Source: an uncultured Candidatus Rokubacteria bacterium
GTDB lineage: Bacteria > Methylomirabilota > Methylomirabilia > Rokubacteriales > CSP1-6
NCBI GenBank assembly: GCA_963754315.1
Contig: CAVWFS010000019.1
Location: forward strand, 832,001-896,000
Length of the DNA: 64,000 nt
Reading direction: 5' to 3'
Shown: positions 51,382-60,960 of the stretch, in pieces
Position numbering within the stretch: the stretch's first letter is position 1
How the letters are laid out: each line of letters begins with the position of its first letter
Made by a program: the position numbers and the translations under genes
The notes under the pieces: generated by a model
The model's database searches: none
Told to the model about the DNA's origin: nothing
What the model saw: only the letters and a program-made list of their open reading frames with translations

Positions 51382-52500
51382 ATGGTCCACATCGTTCATG
51401 TCGTGCACTCGCTGGAAGTGGGAGGCACCGAGATGGGCGTCGTCAATCTCATCTCTGCCCTCCGGGACGACTTTCGCCATACCGTGGTGGCCATGACTGG
51501 AGCAGGCCCCCTCGCCGCGCGACTCCCGCTCGAGGTCGCCCTGTACCAGCTCGGCAAGCAGCCGGGAAAGGACGTCAAGACGTTCACACGGCTGATCATG
51601 CTACTCCGAAAGCTAGCGCCCGAGGTCGTACACACGCGGAGCTGGGCGGCGATGGATGCCGTGGTGGCGGCCCGGCTGAGCCGGGTGCCGGTTGTCGTGC
51701 ACGGAGAGCACGGTCGGGAGGCGATGGACCCTCACGGGTTGAACCGGCGCCGGAACCGTGTGCGCCGATTGTTGACCCCATTCATCGACCGCTTCGTAAC
51801 TGTCTCCTGCGATCTCGGGCGCTGGCTCGACATGACCGTCGGCGTCCCGCCCCGGAAGATCCTGACGATTCACAATGGGGTCGACACCTGCCGATTTTCC
51901 GGTGACCACCGGGAGGCCGGCCGCCGCGCTCTGAAACTCGCGCCGGAGACGGTCGCCGTCGGCACCGTTGGCCGGCTCGATCCCGTCAAGGGTCAACATG
52001 GGCTGCTGGAAGGCTTTGCCGGGGTCGATGCGGAGCTGGCGCCGACTGCCCTGGTCGTGGTCGGAGACGGCCCCTGCCGAAGCGCCCTCGCGGGTCGCGC
52101 ACGTCAACGGGATCTTTTGGGACGCGTCCATCTGCTCGGCGAGCGGGCCGACATCCCAATACTCCTCGGGGGACTCGACGTCTACGTGCTGCCCTCCATC
52201 GCGGAGGGAATTTCCAACACCATCCTGGAAGCTATGGCCACCGGCCTACCGGTGATTGCCACACGCACTGGCGGCAACCCCGAATTGGTCGAGGACGGCG
52301 CGACCGGGATGCTGGTTCCGGTGGGAGACTCCGCGATGCTTACTGCCGCACTGACGACATATCTGAGGCGTCCTGACCTTCGCGCCGCCCACGGTACGGC
52401 CGGCCGCCAGCGGGCGGTGGAGAGCTTTGCGCTCGAACGGATGACTCGGCGATATCGCGACCTCTATTGCGAGCTGATCCGGGAGAAAGTTGCCGCCTAG
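51382..52500 (+). CDS. GT4 glycosyltransferase (TIGR03088-like)
   Basis: GGTEMGVVNL, HGEHG, NGVD, GRLDPVK, EGISNTILEAMATGLP. Confidence 0.92.
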   Translation: MVHIVHVVHSLEVGGTEMGVVNLISALRDDFRHTVVAMTGAGPLAARLPLEVALYQLGKQPGKDVKTFTRLIMLLRKLAPEVVHTRSWAAMDAVVAARLSRVPVVVHGEHGREAMDPHGLNRRRNRVRRLLTPFIDRFVTVSCDLGRWLDMTVGVPPRKILTIHNGVDTCRFSGDHREAGRRALKLAPETVAVGTVGRLDPVKGQHGLLEGFAGVDAELAPTALVVVGDGPCRSALAGRARQRDLLGRVHLLGERADIPILLGGLDVYVLPSIAEGISNTILEAMATGLPVIATRTGGNPELVEDGATGMLVPVGDSAMLTAALTTYLRRPDLRAAHGTAGRQRAVESFALERMTRRYRDLYCELIREKVAA

Positions 52501-52502
52501 CC

Positions 52503-54406
52503 ATGTGTGGAATTGCCGGTATCGTCCACGCCGACCCCAAGTATCCGATCGATCTCGACTTGCTCCGTCGCATGACCATGACTCTTGAACATCGGGGCCC
52601 TGATGCCCAGAGTGTTCGGGGGTGGCGCGGCGCCGCCTTCGGCCACCGCCGCCTCAGCATCATCGATCTGGCCACGGGGGATCAGCCCGTTTTCAACGAA
52701 GACCGGACGAAGGCGGTGGTGTTAAACGGCGAGATCTATAACTATCACGACCTGCGCGCTGAGCTCGAAGCGCGGGGCCACCGCTTCGCGACGCAGAGCG
52801 ATACGGAGTCTATCGTCCACGCCTACGAGGAATACGGGGATCGCTGCGTGGAACACCTCCGCGGGATGTTCGCATTCGCGGTCTGGGATGACCGCGAGCG
52901 GCGCCTGCTGTTAGCTCGGGACCGGGTCGGCAAGAAACCCCTCTACTATACCCACGACGGAGAGCGCCTCGCCTTCGCCTCCGAACTGAAGGCGCTGCTT
53001 GCAGACCCTGCTTGCAAGCGGGAGATAGACCTCCAAACCCTGAACGACTACTTTTCGCTGGGAGCGGTGCAGGCGCCGGCGACGATCTTTCGGGGTGTGC
53101 GCCAGCTTCCTCCCGCGCACCTGCTCGTGTGGAAACAGGGGGTCATACGGATCCACGAGTACTGGGATGTTCCCCGCGACCCGATCGAGCCGAAAACGGA
53201 AGCCCAGGCTCTCGAGCAGTTTGCCGAGATATTCGAAGAGGCGGTGCGACTACGACTCATGAGCGACGTGCCGCTCGGCGCATTCTTGAGCGGAGGGGTC
53301 GACTCGAGCGCAGTGGTCGCCATGATGGCGCGACTTTCGCGGCGGGCGGTGGTGACGACGAGTGTCGGCTTCGCCGAGCGGGCCTTTAACGAGATCGAGC
53401 ACGCTCGTGCGGTCGCTCGTACGATCAGGAGCGATCACTCCGAAGTGCTCGTGCGCTCGCAGGCCGCTGACATCCTACCGAGGCTGGTCTGGCATCTCGA
53501 CGAGCCGTTCGCGGACTCCTCTGCCCTGCCCACGTACTACGTCGCCAAGGCCGCCCGGGAACGGGTGACGGTCGCGCTCTCCGGCGACGGCGGTGACGAG
53601 GGGTTTGCCGGTTATCAGCGCCGCTATGGCCTTAACGCCTGGGAGACTCGCTGCCGACGTTGGCTCCCGGGTTGGGTCCGCACCGGCATTCTAGCTCCGG
53701 CCGGCACGATATATCCAAAAGCCGACTGGCTTCCCCGGCCGCTGCGAGCCCGATACTTCCTCCAGAACCTCGGGACGACGTTCGAGCGGGCCTACTTCGC
53801 CGATCTCTCCCTGTTCCGACGAGAAGAGAAGGCTGCCCTCCTCTCCGCGGAGCTCAGAAGGGAACTCAACGGGCACGACTCCTTCACGGCCTTCGCGCGC
53901 CACTTCGCGCGCGTGGCCGGCCTGGATCCCCTACGCCAGCTGCTCTATGTCGATCTCAAGACCTGGCTCGCCAACGACATCCTGGTCAAAGTTGATCGGA
54001 TGAGCATGGCGAACTCGCTCGAGGTTCGCTCCCCGTTCCTGGACCACAAGGTGATCGAGTTTGCCGCCACCTTGCCGTCCAACCTCAAGTATCGCGGGCG
54101 CACTTCTAAGTACCTTCTGAAACGCCACCTGGAGGGGCAGCTCCCGCGTTCCGTGATTCATCGTGCGAAACATGGATTCGAGATGCCAGTGGCCGCCTGG
54201 CTCCGCGGCGAGCTGCGGGAGATGGGTCAGGAGCTGTTACTGTCGCCGCGCGCACTCAATCGTGGCTACGTGGTGGCGTCTGGCGTACGCCGTCTCTGGG
54301 ACCCCACCAGCGAGGTCTCCAGGATCACTCGGCACGGCTCTGGGCCCTGCTTGTCCTCGAGCTGTGGCACCGGACGTTCGTGGATCGGGTGCCACCGGGC
54401 ATATGA
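52503..54406 (+). CDS. asnB: Asparagine synthase-like amidotransferase (TIGR03108-like), frameshift near 54303
   Basis: MCGIAG...KVDRMSMANSLE. The canonical tail HQRG..DHSARLWALLVLELW is in a shifted frame and ends at TGA 54404-54406. Confidence 0.9.
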
Positions 54407-55140
54407 AGACGTTCGACGCGCAGTGGCAGGCTCGCTTCGAGCGCTTCGCGGCTGGCTCCTCCGAGGACCATGCGGTCTCGGGCTGGTCGCGCGAAGGACT
54501 TCAGCGGCGTGTCCGGCTGTTCCAGGGGCTGCTGGGGGAGCTGGCGCTGCCACATCCGGCCAGTGTTCTCGACCTTGGCTGTGGAGCGGGAACGTACGTT
54601 CGCACTCTGAGCGGACTCGGTCACATGGCGGTCGGGATGGACTACGCGTTCCAGAGCCTGCGGCGCGGGGTCGCCGCGGACCCAGGAGGCGAGGGACGCT
54701 ATCTTGCCGCCGACGGGGTGGCCCTGCCATTTCGGTCAAACTCCTTTGATCTGATCACTTGCATTGGCGTGCTTCAGGCGGTGAGTCGTCCCGAGATGCT
54801 TGTCGCGCAAATTGCGCGCGTGCTGCGCCCGGGGGGCATTCTGATCATCGAGGTCTTGAATCCGCTGGAGCTGCCGGCACTCGGTCAACGAGTACTGGAC
54901 GCCCTCAACTCGCGGCCGCCTCGACTCCGCCGGCACCGTTCTTCACAGATGCGACAATGGTTAGCCGGCTGGGGCATCCCGGTTGTGCGCCAGGTAGGTG
55001 TCTACCTTCCGCCGCGCAGTCACCCAGGGCTAGGCCGCGTCTTTGATTATCCACGTCTCACACGCCTTCTTGAGCTCGTTCCGTTTGGGTCTTCGATGGT
55101 CGCGCACGCCTTTTGGCTGTTAGGAAGAAAGGTGACATGA
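54403..55140 (+). CDS. Class I SAM-dependent methyltransferase
   Basis: VLDLGCGAG, ADGVALPF...FD, ARVLRPGG; ATGA overlap with the corrected asnB stop. Confidence 0.9.
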   Translation: MKTFDAQWQARFERFAAGSSEDHAVSGWSREGLQRRVRLFQGLLGELALPHPASVLDLGCGAGTYVRTLSGLGHMAVGMDYAFQSLRRGVAADPGGEGRYLAADGVALPFRSNSFDLITCIGVLQAVSRPEMLVAQIARVLRPGGILIIEVLNPLELPALGQRVLDALNSRPPRLRRHRSSQMRQWLAGWGIPVVRQVGVYLPPRSHPGLGRVFDYPRLTRLLELVPFGSSMVAHAFWLLGRKVT

Positions 55141-55162
55141 GCGTGCGGCTTGGAGCGCGGAC

Positions 55163-56569
55163 TTGAAGGGGCCGATCTCTTTTGAAGGCTTGACCGTCCT
55201 GCTGGCGGCCGTGAGCGGCCTCGCCGTGGGGGGGGTAGCTCTAAGGCGACATCGATACGGGGGGCTTCCCCGGAGTTTCGGCGCGGGCATGGTTGCTTTT
55301 GTCAGCGTCGTCGTTACCAATATTGCCCTGCTTTCCAAGAACCTTCGCGGGCACATCAGACGCTCTACCGGAAGGTACTTCTCCCGGAGCAAATACGATT
55401 ATCGGCAACAGTGGACCAACTTCTCGACCCGCCTGCGCTCGCTGGTAACCATGGAGGAACTCGCTCCGGCGCTTCTATCGGTGGTGACCGATGCGGTGGG
55501 AACGGCACAGGGAGCCCTATACCTCGCCGGCGAGCACGACGATGTGTATCATCTGGCTGCCTCTCGCGAATTCGACCGACTGCCAGCAGACCTAGGAAAG
55601 GGCTCGTTCCTGTTCTCGCGACCGGCCGGGCCGCGGACTCCATTCCCCATCGAGGCGAATGGCCCAGACTCATGGCTCGACACGGCACCGTTGCCCAGCT
55701 CTGAAGTCATCGCCGTCCCCTTGTACTGGAGGAATACGCTGGTGGGCTGTCTAGTGCTGGGTCCGCCGCGGACCGGTGTCGGGTACGACAAAGAGGATTT
55801 TGACTTCTTGGCTACCGTGGGCGAATCGGCCGCTGGAATTGTCGTCACCGTGCTCATGGCGGAGCGCTCAGCCCGAGCGCGGGAATTCGAAGCGCTCCAT
55901 CAGCTGACCTCATGCGTGATTCACGACTTCAAGAACGCAGTGACCGCGCTCTCCATGCTCAGCGCAAATGCCCGCGATCATTTCGATGATCCCGAATTTC
56001 AGCGCGATGCGCTCAGGACCCTGGCGCGGACCGTGGACCAGATGAGGGGATTGCTCGCCAAACTGTCGCCCTCCCCCGAAGTCAGCCGCATCCGTTTCGA
56101 GGCTGTCGATCTCGCCAAGCTCCTGCTGGAAACGGCCAGTACCGTTCTCGATGGCAAGCCGGTAACGGTGGAGGAGCGCATTCGGCCGATCCCTCTAATT
56201 CTCGCCGACCGGGTGGCACTCGGCCGCGTACTCCAGAACTTCCTCCTCAATGCTCTCGAGGCGATCGACCACGCCGGGCGGATCACCCTCAGCACCGAGC
56301 CTCAGCAGGGTTTGGTCTCCTGCGCGGTGGCGGACGACGGGTGCGGAATGTCGGCTGAGTTCATCCGCCGGTCCCTCTTCGTGCCTTTCCGTTCTACGAA
56401 GAAGGGGGGCTGGGGCATTGGTTTGTACCATGCAAGAGAGATCGTGGCCGCTCACGGTGGCCGCATCGAGGTGGACAGCCACGAAGGGAGGGGCACAACC
56501 TTTCGGCTGCTCTTCCAACCGGCTGCCCCTTCTCGCACCGCCGATCGCAACAGGACCACCCACCCATGA
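55163..56569 (+). CDS. prsK: PrsK-like GAF-histidine kinase with a short membrane region
   Basis: YFSRSKYDYRQQW, VIHDFKN (H-box), HFDDPEFQRD, NFLLNA, DDGCGM, FVPFRSTK..GWGIGLY. Confidence 0.82.
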   Translation: MKGPISFEGLTVLLAAVSGLAVGGVALRRHRYGGLPRSFGAGMVAFVSVVVTNIALLSKNLRGHIRRSTGRYFSRSKYDYRQQWTNFSTRLRSLVTMEELAPALLSVVTDAVGTAQGALYLAGEHDDVYHLAASREFDRLPADLGKGSFLFSRPAGPRTPFPIEANGPDSWLDTAPLPSSEVIAVPLYWRNTLVGCLVLGPPRTGVGYDKEDFDFLATVGESAAGIVVTVLMAERSARAREFEALHQLTSCVIHDFKNAVTALSMLSANARDHFDDPEFQRDALRTLARTVDQMRGLLAKLSPSPEVSRIRFEAVDLAKLLLETASTVLDGKPVTVEERIRPIPLILADRVALGRVLQNFLLNALEAIDHAGRITLSTEPQQGLVSCAVADDGCGMSAEFIRRSLFVPFRSTKKGGWGIGLYHAREIVAAHGGRIEVDSHEGRGTTFRLLFQPAAPSRTADRNRTTHP

Positions 56570-57498
56570 GGCCCTTGATGGCCCGGCTCGCAGCGGGGCC
56601 TTCGGCGTGGGACATCACCGGACGGCTCTCGCTCCTGCTGGCGGGGGGGAACCGGCGGTCAATCGCGGCTGACATCTCGTCGCGGTGGTGGCGCCTCGGC
56701 ATGGCGGGGCTGGCCATCGTGGTCGTGTACGCACCTACACTAATGTCGATGGCTCGAGAGTGGGCGACATTCCCCACACTCTCCCATGGCTTTGCCGTTC
56801 CCCCGATCGCCATGTACCTGATATGGCGTCGCCGTGGCGATCTCGAGCAATTCAACCCCGACCTGTCCTGGGGAGGGCTACTGGTCGTGATCAGTGGGCT
56901 CGGATTGTACGCGGCCGGGACACTGGCGGCGGAGCCCTTCATCGCTCGCGTCTCCTTCCCGGTGACGCTGTTCGGAGCGGCGCTCCTGCTCGGGGGAGCT
57001 GCCGTCGCCCGGGAGCTATTCCCGGGGCTGGGATACCTCTTCTTCATGATCCCCTTGCCGTGGTCTGTGCTGAGGGAACTGACCGGTCCGGCCAAGCTGA
57101 TCGATGCAACAGTGACGGCGGCGGTGTCGACGTGGTTTGGTGTGCCCGTCCTCCGAGAGGGAACCGTGCTCTACCTGCCGAACATCACCCTGGAAGTGGC
57201 CGATGCTTGTAGCAGCATCCCTTCCATCGCAAGCTTGCTGGCCTTGGGCGCCGCGTACGGTCTCGCCCGGCGCCGCTCGGGGCCGGTGTGTCTCGTTCTG
57301 CTCCTAACTGCGTTCCCGCTGGGCGCCCTCTCGAACCTTGTCCGGATCATTTTGACCGTGCTGGGTACATACCATCTCGGCCCTGTGGTTCTTGGCAGTG
57401 CCCTCCACATGTGGAACGGGACGGTCGTGTTCCTCATGACGTTCGGGGCGCTGGTGCTGCTGGATTGCGGCCTGGATCGGGCCCGGCCCGGCCGCTGA
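56566..57498 (+). CDS. Exosortase (XrtA/EpsH family); start uncertain
   Basis: SHGFAVP, LFFMIPLP, LEVADACSS (Cys), NLVRI (Arg), LH (His); about 8 TMs. Confidence 0.88.
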   Translation: MRPLMARLAAGPSAWDITGRLSLLLAGGNRRSIAADISSRWWRLGMAGLAIVVVYAPTLMSMAREWATFPTLSHGFAVPPIAMYLIWRRRGDLEQFNPDLSWGGLLVVISGLGLYAAGTLAAEPFIARVSFPVTLFGAALLLGGAAVARELFPGLGYLFFMIPLPWSVLRELTGPAKLIDATVTAAVSTWFGVPVLREGTVLYLPNITLEVADACSSIPSIASLLALGAAYGLARRRSGPVCLVLLLTAFPLGALSNLVRIILTVLGTYHLGPVVLGSALHMWNGTVVFLMTFGALVLLDCGLDRARPGR

Positions 57499-57506
57499 GG
57501 CCAGTC

Positions 57507-57848
57507 ATGGATCCCCGGCTCCCGGGATTATTGGCCTTATTGGAGCGGAAGCAGCTTCAGGAGGCTGCGGCGGGGCCCTCCGTTCCCGTCAACGCGGTCA
57601 TACTCGGGCGATTCCCCCCGCTACTCACAGTTGTTTGCCGGTATCAACTACCTTTGCGGATCATTGCCCAAGAGTACCGGTATCGCCTCAATCGCCTTCT
57701 CCATATCCTCTCCCCGCGATCGCGAGAGGTGTTGCGCACCCCGCCCGCGGCGCCTTGTGCTGAAGACCCCGCGTCATTCGCGCGCGCGCTTCACCTCCCG
57801 ATTCCCTTTCAGCAGACTGCGTCGGCCCCCGGGGGAGACCTCTTGTGA
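57507..57848 (+). pseudogene. Degenerate C-terminal half of an EpsI-family protein
   Basis: LPG...VPVNAVIL......V.C.YQ...RIIAQEY resembles EpsI CLPG...VN..I......V.YWYQ..GR.IA.EY; lies directly after the exosortase. Confidence 0.55.
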
Positions 57849-59191
57849 GTTTGCCCAATGCCTTGATCGTGGAAGACGACGAGGCGATTCGTATTCAGTT
57901 GAAGTACGCGCTGCAGGGCGAGTTTCGGCTCACTTTCGCGGAATCCCGGCCGCAGGCACTCGCAGCCGCAGCCGCAGACCGGCCGGCGGTGGTTCTGCTC
58001 GATCTCGGGCTCCCGCCGAATTCCGACACCACCAGTGAAGGGCTCAAGACGCTCGAAGAGCTGTGTCAGTCGCCGGTCAAGGTCATTGTGCTCACGGGTC
58101 ACAGCGAGCGCAAGAATGCCCTCGCCGCCGTTCACCTCGGCGCCTTTGACTACCAGCTGAAGCCCATCGATCTCGATACCCTGCGCGTGATGATGCGTCG
58201 CGCCGTCTACCTCTTGGAGCTAGACCACGAAGGCGTACCCTCCCTCGCCGGCCCGGACACTACCACCGCCCTCGAAGAGCTCCTCGGCACGACTCCCGCG
58301 ATGCGGGAGATCTTCAGGATCATCCAGCGAGTGGCCAAGACGGACGCCACCGTCCTCATTGAGGGTGAAAGCGGGACCGGCAAGGAGCTCATAGCGGCGG
58401 CGATCCACCAACGAAGCCCGCGCTGCTCCGCCCCCTTCATCGCCGTCAACTGCGGCGCCATTCCCGAGACGCTGGTCGAGTCAGAACTGTTTGGCCACCA
58501 GGATGACGGCTTCACTCGCGCTAACGGCCCAAGCAAACTGGAGCTGGCCGATCACGCCACGCTCTTTTTGGGCGAGATCGGCGAGCTAAGCCTTCTCCTT
58601 CAGGTAAAGCTACTGCGCTTTCTCCAGCAGCGCACTATCGAGCGCAGCAGCCAGGAGGCGATGAAGCTCGATGTGAGGGTCATCGCCGCCACCGACCAGG
58701 ACCTCAAGACACTCCTGAAGCTGAAGCGGTTTCGTCAAGATCTCTACTACCGCCTGTCGATCGTGACCATCCGCGTTCCGCCTCTCCGCGAGCGCGGCGA
58801 GGACATCGCCTTTCTCGCCAACGCCTTCCTCCGGCGGATCTGTCACCAGCATCGCAGAACGTCGACGTTCAGCCCGGAGGCCGTGAAGGCCATGATGGCC
58901 TACTCGTGGCCCGGAAACATCAGAGAGCTCGAGAACAAGGTCACCCGGTCTCTGATCATGGCGCAGGGGCGGACGATTGGTCCGGTGGAACTGGAACTCA
59001 CGTCCCAACATGAAGGTCGCCCGGCTCTCCTCCGGCAAGCACGCCGGCACGCAGAGCGCCAGGCGTTGGTGACCGCTCTCGGTCGCAACCATGGGAACAT
59101 CAGTCGGGCTGCGCGCGAGCTCGAGGTAAGCCGGCCGACCCTCCACAGCCTACTCGACAAACACGCCATCGACGCCAAGACCTTCCGCTAA
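57845..59191 (+). CDS. prsR: PrsR-like response regulator with a degenerate AAA+ core
   Basis: LIVEDD, LLDLGLPP, GESGTGKE, HTH VSRPTL. GAFTGA is replaced by DGFTRA and Walker B reads LFLGE. Confidence 0.85.
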   Translation: MSLPNALIVEDDEAIRIQLKYALQGEFRLTFAESRPQALAAAAADRPAVVLLDLGLPPNSDTTSEGLKTLEELCQSPVKVIVLTGHSERKNALAAVHLGAFDYQLKPIDLDTLRVMMRRAVYLLELDHEGVPSLAGPDTTTALEELLGTTPAMREIFRIIQRVAKTDATVLIEGESGTGKELIAAAIHQRSPRCSAPFIAVNCGAIPETLVESELFGHQDDGFTRANGPSKLELADHATLFLGEIGELSLLLQVKLLRFLQQRTIERSSQEAMKLDVRVIAATDQDLKTLLKLKRFRQDLYYRLSIVTIRVPPLRERGEDIAFLANAFLRRICHQHRRTSTFSPEAVKAMMAYSWPGNIRELENKVTRSLIMAQGRTIGPVELELTSQHEGRPALLRQARRHAERQALVTALGRNHGNISRAARELEVSRPTLHSLLDKHAIDAKTFR

Positions 59192-59220
59192 GTCAACATG
59201 GCACCCCAGAGAATTAGTCA

Positions 59221-60363
59221 ATGAACGCTACGAAGCGGTACGGGCTGGCGGGCGCCCTTCTTTTTTCCCTCTTTCTTTCCCAAGTCCTTGCCCGAGGCGA
59301 GGAAGCTTCCTTCGGTGCCGGCTGGTCCCCGCTGCCCAACACGTCGCTGCGGACGGTGTGTCCCCCGAACACAGCCCAGTATGGGTTCGCCGACCGGTGC
59401 CAGAACGTGATTCTGGCCTGGAATGGCGGCGTGATTGACACACGGCGCGGTCGCCTGATCGTGTGGGGAGGGGGGCACAACGATTACCGGGGCAACGAGA
59501 TCTACGCGATCACCGTCAAGCCACCGAAAGTTGAGCGACTGACAAACCCATCGCCCCCGAATGTGCCCCTCAACACCACCAACTGCACGACCACGCTGGC
59601 GGACGGGACGCCCAACTCGCGGCATACGTACGGCGGTCTGGCCTACATCGAACACGTCGACCGCATGTTCGTCTACGGGGGAAGCCTGGGCTGCAGCCCT
59701 GGCCACTTCGGCGGTGATACCTGGACGTTCAGCTTTGCCACCAACACGTGGCAGGCCATGAGGCCGTCGGGCCCACAGCCGCGCTACGACGCCGGCATTG
59801 TCGCCGCCTACGATCCCAACACCCGGAAGGTCTTCCTGCACGACGCCTGGGATCTCTTCGCCTACACGTTCGAGACCAACAGCTACCAGCGGCTGGCCAC
59901 CGGCAATCACATCGACTACCACATGACGGCGGCGGTGGATCCTATACGCAAAAAACTCATCATCGTAGGGGGAACGGCCGGCAGCGGCGGCGGGGTCACC
60001 GTCTACGATATCGGAGCGCGAAGTGGATTCGGGCGGCAACAGTGGACAACAACCGGCGGAGATCGAATCGTGCACACCGCATCGCCGGGGCTCGCGTACG
60101 ATCCTGACTCCGACCGGATGGTGGCGTGGGCCGGCGGGGATACGTTGCACAGCCTGAATATGGATACCCGAATGTGGACTGCGCACAGATTTTCGGGGGG
60201 ACCGGATACTGCGCCAGAGAACGGAATGTTCGGGCGGTGGGGTTATTTGGCGCAGTACGGAGTGTTTGTCACGGTCACGAGCGTGGACCGTAATGCCTAT
60301 GTTTTGCGCTTAACCAACGCACCACGCACGGACGACCCAGCGCCGGCTGGCGGTTCACGTTGA
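59221..60363 (+). CDS. Secreted family-A propeller-like protein without the C-terminal module
   Basis: Signal peptide; collinear with 30263-31768 (NVILAWNGG, WGGGHNDY, IDYHMT, SPGLAYDPD, NGMFGR). Confidence 0.82.
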   Translation: MNATKRYGLAGALLFSLFLSQVLARGEEASFGAGWSPLPNTSLRTVCPPNTAQYGFADRCQNVILAWNGGVIDTRRGRLIVWGGGHNDYRGNEIYAITVKPPKVERLTNPSPPNVPLNTTNCTTTLADGTPNSRHTYGGLAYIEHVDRMFVYGGSLGCSPGHFGGDTWTFSFATNTWQAMRPSGPQPRYDAGIVAAYDPNTRKVFLHDAWDLFAYTFETNSYQRLATGNHIDYHMTAAVDPIRKKLIIVGGTAGSGGGVTVYDIGARSGFGRQQWTTTGGDRIVHTASPGLAYDPDSDRMVAWAGGDTLHSLNMDTRMWTAHRFSGGPDTAPENGMFGRWGYLAQYGVFVTVTSVDRNAYVLRLTNAPRTDDPAPAGGSR

Positions 60364-60402
60364 GCCGATCTTGCCGGAGACGAGCGAAAAGGAGTTAGGG
60401 TC

Positions 60403-60894
60403 ATGTATATGTATCCCCTTCGCGCCGCGAGCGCAATTGTGGTCCTTGCCGCTACTGTACTCGCACTGCCCTTCCACGCGGTAGCGGCCCCGCCTCAATC
60501 CGCGCTCAGCAGCACGATCAGCACGAACCCAATCATCATCGGCAGTCAGCTACGCGAGGCCCTTCGCCTGGCCGGGATCGCTCTCCAACAGCTGGACCGA
60601 CTCGCTCCCGAAGACTCGCTCGACCAGGCTGCTGCCACCTGTCGCGAGGTGTATGTCCTCATCCGGGCAGCCCGGAGCGGGATGATCAACGCCAAGGCAA
60701 AGGCCCGGTTCCCCGACCCGCTTCTCGACTGGGAAATCGAGCGCACGACGATCGCCTGGAATGAGTCCCGACGCCCGGTGGAAGATGCGAACGGCACCCT
60801 CAGCTACAATAAACCTGAGTACGTCCGTGCGGCCACGGAACACCTGAATATTGCGGTGGCCAACATCGAACTCGTGCTTCAGGTCCTGCCCTGA
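60403..60894 (+). CDS. Secreted alpha-helical hypothetical protein
   Basis: AAGGAG RBS; signal peptide ending AVA; amphipathic helices. Confidence 0.7.
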   Translation: MYMYPLRAASAIVVLAATVLALPFHAVAAPPQSALSSTISTNPIIIGSQLREALRLAGIALQQLDRLAPEDSLDQAAATCREVYVLIRAARSGMINAKAKARFPDPLLDWEIERTTIAWNESRRPVEDANGTLSYNKPEYVRAATEHLNIAVANIELVLQVLP

Positions 60895-60960
60895 CCCCGC
60901 CGGGGATGTGACCGTGCCCGCCCATGCCTCGGTTGTGACAAAACCCGACAGAGTTGGCGC

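Noticed and set aside
52467..54749. 760-aa AsnB with a novel C-terminal extension
   Set aside because: The extension is a frameshift read-through. The canonical tail is in another frame and ends at 54406.
59199..59215. TGGCAC upstream of 59221
   Set aside because: No TTGC -12 element at the required distance.
60934..60950. TGT-N11-ACA enhancer-like site
   Set aside because: Only 10 bp from the start codon, with no downstream sigma54 promoter; likely chance.
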